A stretch of 62,381 bases of DNA, counting the filler, from Asterionella formosa (Eukaryota): assembly GCA_002256025.1 (NCBI GenBank). It is 19 parts of 19 records of this genome, joined end to end, with 100 filler letters (N's around TTAATTAATTAA, not from the genome) between each part and the next. Parts side by side here need not be neighbours in the genome. Positions count along the whole stretch, not along the records: positions 46,071 to 49,253 come from NKIB01014381.1; positions 49,354 to 52,536 come from NKIB01014382.1; positions 52,637 to 55,818 come from NKIB01014384.1; positions 55,919 to 59,100 come from NKIB01014385.1; positions 59,201 to 62,381 come from NKIB01014386.1; 14 more parts are not named here. One strand, written 5' to 3'. Both the position numbers and the translations under genes were made by a program. Below, piece after piece: positions 49,251 through 59,360 of the stretch. The notes under the pieces are model-generated. The model saw nothing but the letters and a program-made list of their open reading frames with translations, was not told the DNA's origin and ran no database searches. The first letter of the stretch is position 1. Each line of letters begins with the position of its first letter.

Positions 49251-50307
49251 CGTNNNNNNNNNNNNNNNNNNNNNNNNNNNNNNNNNNNNNNNNNNNNTTA
49301 ATTAATTAANNNNNNNNNNNNNNNNNNNNNNNNNNNNNNNNNNNNNNNNNNNNTATCTGCATTGCATATATACCTTTCCTTCATTGAAATATTGATTACT
49401 TAGAACATTCTCCATTCGAATATTTACCTTGGTTTGCTGATATAGTTCTTGGCAATCAATGCTGTTCAAATTCTCACAGCATTTCAAAATGGGATTTTGG
49501 CTGGAATATTATTCAAGATTGATTAGTTCGACTGAACTAATATGCACGCAGTACTAAATCTTGACATAAATGTACCGGCTCCTATTTTGGTGAGAGCAAG
49601 GCGGCATTTTGGGAATGAGCAAGCAAGTCTTGAAATTTTCCGGGAATTTATACGTTGTCACGCATGACTATAGATATTTTAACAATATCCACTGTTTTTT
49701 ATAACTGTAAACAATTTGGTCGATAATTTTGGGGTTATGAGTACAGGAATTTATGTTGTGTATGATTCACACGATATATTATTTTATCATTATCAGAGCG
49801 CGCAGAATATCATTTTTTTTATTACCAGAGCGCGCTCAGTTTCCATGTCGTCATATTATACGTACAACGGTCATACATATATACCTGTAAGTCGCTCGGT
49901 TGCATGATGTGCATTGCTTTATGGCCGGTGAAACCGTATGTAGCTGCACCACCAGATGGAAGCATTTCCTTCTACTTGTGTGGATGTGTATTTTTTCTCG
50001 ATAACAACAAATTTTCTGCATATGCATTATCGCTTCATACAATCGGCGCATACATTCAGTAGATATGGCACCCCGATCCATTACATACGTATGCACACAT
50101 GATATACGGGTAGTATTACTGGTAGACTACCAATACCGGTCGTGGGCAAATTTGATAAACAACGATCATGAGCCGATAATACTGGTAGACTAGTCTAGTA
50201 CCTGGTACCTGGTACCTGGCAGCGATAGCGGTAGAAGTCTATCCCTGTGCTGCGAACTCAGTCAAACTGATAGCTACAGTAACACTACATTCATCAATCA
50301 TTCTATC

Positions 50308-51672
50308 ATGAAAATCGTCTCTGCTGTGATTGTAGCCTCGATCGCTCTCGTGAGCTCATCAGCTTCTGGCTTTATCACGTTCAAAGATTTCTCGCTAAAG
50401 TGCCAATCATCTTCAACGTCGATCTTTGCTCTCAAGGACGAACGCAGTGATCACTTCATAACGTCGGGTGTATCACGGCGACAGTCGCTTTCAGCATTAA
50501 TAGGTACCGCCACAGCAATCGGAAATGGTCAGAATGCCGCATCCAAAGATCTGTATGTTCCTGCCATACGCCCTACTGCCTATCGAGTCGATTCGACGAT
50601 ACCTCCAACACTGATTCCATTAAATGCTCAAAAGGAGATGGCTATGCTGAATGCTCTTGGTAAAGGATCTGGCACAAGCAAAGATGCTGTCCTTGACGAC
50701 GGGATCACTCTGAACAACATTATGAACAAGGCGGTTTTTGGCACTATTAGCAATGTTGCCAGTTTATTGGGGACAAACCCTGATGACAATAAAAGGCGAG
50801 GGGTTGGGTATGCTTCGTTTTTGTTATTTGGCCTACCCAAGGAAACTACTTCTACTGATGTGGAATTGGCTGTAAGCTTATTGACTCCCATAGTGCAAGC
50901 TCGAAAGTCGAACCCTGCTACTGCCTTGGGACTCGCCTTCGCTCCTCTTAGCACTCAATCGGCACTTGACGCATATCGATCAAATGGAAACGAGGCAATG
51001 TTATTGGATGCCATGACTGGCGCTGGCGTATCAGCGTCTACCGTTAACCTTAACATGCCGCTGCTGAAATTCGCCCTTTCCAAAGCCTTAGATCTACTTG
51101 CAATGTCCCCTGAACTTGGAGATATCAGTACGGTCCGATCCCAAGGTTTACAAAACTTGGATGTTAACCGACGAAGCAATTATGTTGTTGATTCAGAAGG
51201 ATTCATCAATCTGACTGTCGACAAGAGATTTAGAATGTACACCGATCGATCCTTGCAGAAAGATTTTATTCCCTTGAATGCCGATGATCAACCTGGAAAT
51301 TTTTTCGCCGAAAGGATTCTGGTCCACGAAGCCGCTGCTTCTGTTGCAGCTAAATATGCTGTTACTCGACCTGATTCATTCGTCGCTATTGTGGCTCCCA
51401 CGCCTGATGTCCGTTATCTGTGTGGTATCAATGGTCGCATTCCTCGAATCTGCGCGTTCCTCCAGAAGGACGAGAACAAGGTGACCCAAGACGCTGTTAC
51501 GACCATTTTGTTGAACCCAACAGCTCAAGAGACGCTATCCTTGACGCGAAGACTTCGACTTGAGATCGGTACAGCACCAGAAAATTTGGATGTCCAGACC
51601 AAGGTGGCAGACTACTTGTGGTTCTCGAGTATTCCAAAGGTAGCTCTAATTCCTCGACTAATGAACGCCTAA
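50308..51672 (+). CDS. Plastid/thylakoid-targeted ChaN-like (haem-binding uptake, DUF399) protein
   Basis: Signal peptide ending ASG-F, a twin-arginine SRRQSL plus hydrophobic stretch, and C-terminal GINGRIPR...TTILLNP...ADYLWFS. Confidence 0.6.
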   Translation: MKIVSAVIVASIALVSSSASGFITFKDFSLKCQSSSTSIFALKDERSDHFITSGVSRRQSLSALIGTATAIGNGQNAASKDLYVPAIRPTAYRVDSTIPPTLIPLNAQKEMAMLNALGKGSGTSKDAVLDDGITLNNIMNKAVFGTISNVASLLGTNPDDNKRRGVGYASFLLFGLPKETTSTDVELAVSLLTPIVQARKSNPATALGLAFAPLSTQSALDAYRSNGNEAMLLDAMTGAGVSASTVNLNMPLLKFALSKALDLLAMSPELGDISTVRSQGLQNLDVNRRSNYVVDSEGFINLTVDKRFRMYTDRSLQKDFIPLNADDQPGNFFAERILVHEAAASVAAKYAVTRPDSFVAIVAPTPDVRYLCGINGRIPRICAFLQKDENKVTQDAVTTILLNPTAQETLSLTRRLRLEIGTAPENLDVQTKVADYLWFSSIPKVALIPRLMNA

Positions 51673-51729
51673 TTGCCAAATGTTTTGAAAATTTGAATCG
51701 GAAACACTCAACTAATATTCTAGGTCATT

Positions 51730-52518
51730 CTAACGTCTTTCAGTCACGGCCATTTTGGTTATTGAGTGTGGCCCTGGCCTGACAAGGCCCTTCTTATAGA
51801 GCGCAGCCACAGCCTTTTTAAAGGCAGCCTTGCTCACTCCAGGAAACTGCCGCGCTATGTCTTCTGGTGAAGATTTGTCCCCAAGTGGAATCGAACGGCT
51901 CCACAAGAATTGATCCATAATTTGCTTGCTAACCTCTACGGCCTTGGCCTTGCCACCAGCAGGCCGAAGTGACACGTCTATCTTGCCGTCGTCTCTTTGT
52001 TTTTCGATGTACGCAGGTAAGATTTCTCCGGCAACAACATCGACACCTTTCCGGCCTTCTCGAAAGTAATGAATTTCACGTTGTAAGATGAGACCAACAC
52101 CAAGAGGGGGATCGTTGTCACCAATCAAATCGTCGGAGTCATGTCCGACACCCACAATGTCCACAGTAGCGCCCATTGGACCAAACGAAACGACTTCTAC
52201 TTGGATTGTATCGCCCATCCTGAATTTTAGTTTGGGGGAATTGTCCTCCACATCTTCTACTTCCGAAGTAGTCATCCACCTTGTGGAAAATGCTGATTGA
52301 TGTGCAATCTGGGTTTCGATTACCTTATGGTTGCTAAATCTGGTGGAGGCTGGAATTGTGGTCCATGCACAGGTGCTTTTTCTCATCAGGCTTGCAGCCA
52401 AAACGGCCGTAGTACTCGTTCTCATGGCTTGTGTGCGCACGATTGCTTCTCGTGAATATCGAACAAGGTTATTTGAAGCCAACAGCGTCTTAGAACGATT
52501 GACTAGCCGTTGGTTCAT
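51730..52518 (-). CDS. CvfB-like S1 plus winged-helix RNA-binding protein
   Basis: S1-like AYIEKQRDDGKIDVSLRP and winged-helix IPLGDKSSPEDIARQFPGVSKAAFKKAVAALYKKG. There is an N-terminal targeting-like extension and the start is uncertain. Confidence 0.8.
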   Translation of the reverse strand: MNQRLVNRSKTLLASNNLVRYSREAIVRTQAMRTSTTAVLAASLMRKSTCAWTTIPASTRFSNHKVIETQIAHQSAFSTRWMTTSEVEDVEDNSPKLKFRMGDTIQVEVVSFGPMGATVDIVGVGHDSDDLIGDNDPPLGVGLILQREIHYFREGRKGVDVVAGEILPAYIEKQRDDGKIDVSLRPAGGKAKAVEVSKQIMDQFLWSRSIPLGDKSSPEDIARQFPGVSKAAFKKAVAALYKKGLVRPGPHSITKMAVTERR

Positions 52519-52636
52519 TCAGGATGATTGGACTACNNNNNNNNNNNNNNNNNNNNNNNNNNNNNNNNNNNNNNNNNNNNTTAATTAATTAANNNNNNNN
52601 NNNNNNNNNNNNNNNNNNNNNNNNNNNNNNNNNNNN

Positions 52637-52965
52637 CAGGACATGGTCTTATTTACGAAGTCAATAGTTAAACCAACTTGACGGAGGAAATCACGTCCTA
52701 AAATAACATCAAATGTGCATAGACCATTAAAGACTTGACACTTTTGTTGTAAAATATGAGCGGATCGATTAAATTCCGGTAAAATCAGGTCATATAGCAT
52801 GACACTGGCATGAGATGAATAAGTACCAGCTATGGTATGTATTAATTGTGAAGTCTTGTCAGACAAAGAAATACCTTGAGGCATAACCCGTTCATGTATT
52901 AAGGATAACGATCCTCCACTATCGAATAATACTCGTAGTATTTTATACAGAGTACCAAGTACCTG
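52637..52965 (-). mobile_element. Ty3/Gypsy aspartic protease fragment
   Basis: RVLFDSGGSLSLI...FDVILGRDFLRQVGLTIDF. Confidence 0.8.
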
Positions 52966-53713
52966 AATTTGTAGTTCACTTGGTTGGTTGGTGGTGGTTG
53001 TTGCTGCTGCTTTCTTGATGATGCTCCTGGTAGCAGGTGGAGCACTGATAAGCAGCAACTCTGTTCCACTTGTCTTCCAGCTGAAATTCTCGGAAAGTAT
53101 ACACATTGCATGCCAAGTCTCTCTGCAAAGTCTTCTTAAAAAGCCACATTTTGTTCCCCGAACTTGGAGTTCGAGTAGGCATACCATGGCGAAGACAACA
53201 TTGACTTTCCTAGAAAGGTCAAGGCGAAACGTAAAAGTAAAAGTAGATTCATTTTATTCGTTTCTGTTGAGTACGGAAACGGAAACGGAAACGTCTGTAA
53301 ATAAAAAATATCATGAAAATATGATCAAGGGTATCGTTAAGTGGCACAGGATTTTCGTATATATGATAATTTTTGGATCAAAAATATGATCAAAGTATCT
53401 TGTATCTATGATGATTTATTAATATGTTACTGACCTTGAAGTATAATGATAATAAGAACATTATCATCACACAATTTATATAAACTGATCAACAACATTT
53501 CCCATCAATATCATAAACCTTCTCATATTATTTTCACTTCTCGTGATCGCCCGATGTAAATTATAACTACAACGTATCCTAAAACCAGCTCAACTCTATG
53601 CTATCATGTGAATTGTTTCATCGTAAATTTATCATAAACATGATCATAATTCTAATCACAAGCATTGTTCAAAATAGATTAAAATGGATCGTAATTTAAC
53701 TATCAAGTTAAGC

Positions 53714-55818
53714 AATGCTATCTATTAATCTACATGCCAGCGACCCAACGTTTCTCTCTCCACTCGGCTCAATGTATATTCCTTTCTTGCTCTTTCTTCC
53801 TCTGATCTGAATCGTGTGCGAGGCAGTGCCTTACTGATGCTGCGTCTCTTTCCCTGCTGTAAGTGTCATTCTTAACTTGCCGACTATTCCGTTGTTTGAT
53901 TGTTTTCATTGTCCTATGCATGCAATTACAGTTACAATGAGAAGGAATGGTTTGTTAGCTAGTCATGTTACATTGACACAAGAACACGCAATTCCATCGT
54001 ATCCTCTTGCTTCACGTACCACAAATCAATGCAACTGATGCATAAGTCTGTAATAGTAACCTGTCAGTAAATTCTTGAATAAGTAAGTTTCGGGTATCCA
54101 ATGTTGTGGAATAAAACTTACCGGTTCATTTTTGTCATCTTAACTTTGAGAGAATATAAACGTTTTGTTAGTTTTGTTCCAACAGAAGTGAATAGGTCCA
54201 ACGAGCGACAAGAGCACTTACGTAATTTGGTTTTGTTTTACATTGGTGCTCCCCAACAAGCGAAACGAGCTGTTGAATCATCTGAGAAAAAAGGAAATGT
54301 GGCTGCGTTTAGTTAACAATTTGTTGTTGTACTGCCTGCCTCCCAATGATTGTCATCCAAGTACCACATTGATGGCTTCATTACCTTAAACATTCTCCAT
54401 CCTTCGAAGGCGCAATGTATCGAAGTCACAATGTTTTTCGTGATGTATTGCGAAAACTTTCTTTTCTTGTCATGTGCTTTACTACGACGTATCTTTTCAT
54501 GAAGCAGCAGGCATTGTTTGTTAACATGACAGAACGATTTCAAAAAAATATATGCCATGTATATAGTAATATAATTTGTAAATATATATATATAAATTAA
54601 GTGTTATACATTTATAAAATTCAAAGGCGCTCTCGATATGGAACATCTGATATGGTTGGGATGATCATACTCGCATATACATAATTCGAAAATACTCAAT
54701 GCACTATATGTCCATTGTTTTCCACGACTACCGGTACATGTACCGGTATTATCTCTGAAATTTGTTTGCATCGATATTTTCTACGTCCGTTGAGACTAAT
54801 TATTTAGACCGTTCAAATGCCGCAAGGGTTTTGGTAGCGAATTGTTTAAGCCCCTTTTTTGGGCGGGAGCTCTTCATGTGTACCGTTACATCATATGACA
54901 ATGACAATATATCATATATATACACGGAGTACCAGTAGCAGGTAGTAAGTGATATAGCTACTGGGGGTAGTCGGAGTAGTAAACTAGTAGCAACAGAACA
55001 CCATATGTTCAGGACTGTTGCTACTGCAGTGGGACAGTAAATCATCATAGTTTTAGGATAGTATGATTGTAAAACTAAAACCCAATAGAACACCATATGT
55101 TCATGACTGTTGCAATTACAGTGGGACAGTAAATCATCATGATTTTAGGATTGTATGATTGTAAAACTAAAAACAAATCGAAAACTATATGTTCAGAACT
55201 GTTGCTACCATAGCACACTGCAGTGGGACAGTAAATCATCATAGTTTTAGGATTGTATGATCGTAAAACTAAAAAGCAGTAGTCGGAGTAATAAGCAAGC
55301 AATAGAACACCATAGTAAATCATCATAGTTTTAGGATTGTATGATCGTGAAACTGAAAAGCGGTACTGGTAGTTGGAGTAATAAGCAAGCAATAGAACAC
55401 CATAGTAAATCATCATAGTTTTAGGATTGTATGATCGTGAAACTGAAAAGCGGTACCGGTAGTCGGAGTAATAAGCAAGCAATAGAACACCATATGTCTA
55501 TGACTGCTGCTACTACAGCGGGACAGTAAATGAATTTAAGATCATCGAACTTTAAGGAAGACAACGACAACAGCTGGTCGTGTTGCTGGTCCACTTTTAA
55601 TGGCCGAAGAAGGAAGCGACGAAAAGATCACCATTTTGAGCGGAACAAGAGAAATCGCTTACGACGCCAAGTCTGGACGATTCTTTGAGACTAACTTGCA
55701 GGAAGAAGAATGCATTCCTGACGAGGAATACTGTGTCGTCGATCCGGAAAGTGGGGAACTCATTCGTCTCACAGTAGCCGAAAAGGAGCGTATCTTTCCG
55801 GAAGCGCTTCAGTACTAC
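53714..55818. mobile_element. Repeat family A copy with expanded tandem array and a longer 5' PGRL1 fragment
   Basis: Collinear with 2989-3199 and 3300-4700. The array at 54995-55531 has five hairpin cores. Confidence 0.85.
55541..55818 (+). pseudogene. PGRL1: PGRL1 N-terminal fragment (end of transit peptide plus start of mature protein)
   Basis: ...AGRVAGPLLMAEEGSDEK...ECIPDEEYCVVDPESGELIRLTVAEKERIFPEALQYY. There is no signal peptide upstream, and FLD has become FPE. Confidence 0.7.
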
Positions 55819-55918
55819 NNNNNNNNNNNNNNNNNNNNNNNNNNNNNNNNNNNNNNNNNNNNTTAATTAATTAANNNNNNNNNNNNNNNNNNNNNNNNNN
55901 NNNNNNNNNNNNNNNNNN

Positions 55919-58900
55919 ATGATGAAAAACTTCTTACATTCAATGTTCGCCTACCTACAATCGAAGAAGCAAACTCCCACACAATTCATTGGTTGACACC
56001 ACGAATTCCCAGCAACTCATCTGAGTTGTTGAAGCAGTCATCTAGGAGGGGACGCGGAAGCATTGTTGAAGAGGAGCCAACTCTATGGGAGAAACGTCTT
56101 GGAAATTCAACTGAGATTGTAACCAAGAAGACACTCGAAGCAACAACACAGCTCTGCACCCAGACAGTTGAAATGGAGAATAGAGAAGCACCCAGACAGC
56201 ATCGAAAGAAGCGTCTAATTCCTCTTCATCCTAATCGACTTGATGGCAGGACAGATTCGGATACGTTTTTCTCATCTATCAAGTCCATCCGGAACTACTC
56301 ATGTGTGCAACTCTTCATTCATATTCCATCGCAATTTCTGTTCGCACGTTGTATGTTTAGAGAGGCACATTCACATGGAGCATACCAGGATTTTGTACGT
56401 GAGGTTGGAGCTCCCAACATTTTGTTGACTGATAACTCTCAAACTCAGTCAGGCACATTGTGGACCAAAACAAGCCAGGAAAACATCACAAAACAAATCC
56501 ATTCTGTCCCACACAACCAAAACCAGAACCAGGCAGAGCTCAAGATCCGGGACATTAAATCTCGAACTATTTTATCTCTACGCTTGGCAAAAGCTCCACT
56601 GACATTCTGGTGCTATTGCATGATGTGGGTTATTGATTGCCTAAATCATTCAGCACATAAGGGACTGGATTGGAGGACTCCCATTGAGAGACTTTACGGA
56701 AGAACTCCAGACATTTCTGTGTTTCGATTTTCCTTCTGGCAAGCAATCTATTACTATGAGCCAACAGCCAAGTACCCCAACCCAAACTTTCTTCTAGGAA
56801 AGTTTGTTGGTATCGCATGGAACCATGGAGATGCATTAACTTATCGCATTTGGACATGTCCTGATGGTAACTGGGAAAAAGGTGTTGAACTCATTCGTAA
56901 TATTGTTCGACCACGAAAGGAAACTTCAGATGAGCCTTACAGTGATGAGGTACCTTATGGTGACCTTACGCTCAAGTCCAGAATAACAAAAATGAAGGAT
57001 CGTAAACGCAAAAGGAACGCTCCCACCAGTCCTATTCCTGAACCTCTAGATGAACCAGAGGATCACGATCTTATTCGTCTAGTTCATTTTGCTCCTACTC
57101 CTCAGATCATTGAAACATCAAAGGGTCTAGAGGAGCAGGGGGGGAAAGAGGAGCAATTCACTACAACAGAAGTAGACAACAAGCAATGCACTACAACAGA
57201 AGTAGACAACAACAACATATCAAAAAATCCACCATCCAACACCGATGATCTTCAGTTCGACTTCGATCCACTTGATGCAACACACGACATTGAAATGTGT
57301 GATGAGATCAATAATGAGCTAGCTGAAGAGCATACAGAGGCAACAAAGATGAGTGGTTCCAGGGTAACTGATATTCGAGCGCATCGCTGGAAGGCCGGGC
57401 AACTTGAGTTGGAGGTGCACTGGGATACTGAAAATGTCTCCTGGGAATAATTTCAGGACTTGAAGCTTGACCATCCAAACATGACAGCACAATACATTGT
57501 AGACAATAATGTCAGTCGTTCCAAACGCCTGGATAGAGTCATGCAATGGGCAAAGAAAACAGTTCGAGACATCAAACGAGCTGTCCGAAGAATTGCAAGG
57601 TTATATGAGCATCATTTTGATGGATGTGATCAGGTGTACACAGTGAGGCGTGCCGACATAAGGAAGAAGAAGCATCCTAAGATTAGGAAGCAAATTCTCA
57701 AGTATGGCGTTGAAGTCCCACGAAATGTCACCCATGCAATGGAATTGGACAAGCAAAGTGGAAACACATTCTGGCAAGAGGCAATCAAACGCAAAATCTC
57801 CTCACTTGTCGAAATGGAATGTTTTGATTTTAAGAAGCCAGATTTTAACCCTGGAGTCGGATATCAATGGACAACACTGACAGTGATCTTTGACGTCAAA
57901 CAAGATCTACGGCGCAAGGCAAGACTTGTGGCTGGCGGACATCTAGTTGATGCACTTGACAACAATATTTACTCTTCAACTGTGAAAGGCATAAGTGTTA
58001 GAATGCTACATGTAATTGCACACAAGCAGAACTTGAAGCTGCTTTGTGGCGATGTTGGAAATGCTTACGTCAATGCATACACTAATGAGCTAGTATACTC
58101 CCGTGCTGGACCAGAATTTGGAGAGGAGTTGAGGTGATCAATCATTCTGATCCGAAAAGCACTATATGGTTTGAGATCAAGCTCTGAGCGTTGGTGGACG
58201 CATTTTGCGGACACGATCCGGGGAATGGGGTTCCAGCCAACTAGGTACGACAAAGATGTGTGGTACAAGATGAGCAATGATACTTCACACTATGAATATA
58301 TCTGCACCCACTCAGATGACTTCATGATAGTGTCAAAAACTCCTGAAGTAATTATGGAAGGACTCAAGCAGGTCTATACGATCAAGTCTGAAGGTCCTCC
58401 AGAATATTATCTTGGGAACGACTTCAAGAAGGACAAGAAGGGCAGGTGGTGTTTTGGATGCAAGAAATACATACAAGAGTCGATTGCAAGAATTGAGGTG
58501 ATGTTTGGTGTGCAACCCAAAAGTACAATTCCAATGAGTGCAAATGATCATCCAGAACTCGATGACACCACACTACTTAGTGATGACGAACATCGAAAGT
58601 TTCAGATGTTAATTGGCATGTTGAATTGGGTAGTAACAATTGGGAGATTTGATGTCGCACACGCCACAATGTCATTGTCAAGATTCTCTGCATGTCCAAG
58701 AAAAGGACACCTTGAGCGGGTATTGAAAGTGTTTGGCTACCTCAAGAGGAGGCCAAATAGGCGAATTGTCGTGGATTCTAGGTCGCCTGACTTCTCAGGA
58801 TTTGAGGAAGATTTTTCTAAAGACTACGCAAGTATTCTTGGTGAAGACTACCCTGAAGCATCTGAGGAGGTTGACTGCAACCTACCAAAGCCATTGGTCA

Positions 58901-59100
58901 ATGAGTTGGACATAACTGTGTTTGTTGACTCAGATCATGCCCATGACAAGATCACACGCAGGTCAGTGACCGGTTTGATTATATTCGTTGGAAGAACACC
59001 AGTATTCTTTATGAGTAGGCGACAAGGAGCAGTGGAGACATCAACATACGGCGCTGAGTTTTGTGCTATGCGCATTGCAGTTGAAGAAACCATAGCTATT
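55919..59100 (+). mobile_element. CoDi-like Copia pol (integrase, chromo-like module, RT, RNase H), inactivated
   Basis: Integrase, then RT (RKARLVAGGH, GDVGNAYVNA, ALYGLRSS, THSDD) and RNase H (VDSDHAHD, ETSTYGAEF). Stop at 57448-50 and a frameshift near 58137. Confidence 0.95.
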
Positions 59101-59360
59101 NNNNNNNNNNNNNNNNNNNNNNNNNNNNNNNNNNNNNNNNNNNNTTAATTAATTAANNNNNNNNNNNNNNNNNNNNNNNNNNNNNNNNNNNNNNNNNNNN
59201 CCAATGCAGCAGAGCAATGTCATGCCAAGACCTCCTTCAGCATTGGCACTTGTTGCCACCAGCATCATCAAGTTGTTCCAATAGAGCATCAGGATATGCC
59301 TTGGCTTCAGCACTTTAATTCCGCTTGCAAATTAACAGGCAGTGAACATACGTACCGGTA

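Noticed and set aside
54995..55531. CRISPR-like look (palindromic repeat with intervening sequences)
   Set aside because: The spacers are homologous to each other, the repeats are degenerate, no cas genes are present and the context is eukaryotic.
55600..55818. The functional PGRL1 gene
   Set aside because: It lacks a signal peptide, is fused to the repeat array and has FLD changed to FPE. It is truncated by the contig end, so this cannot be fully excluded.
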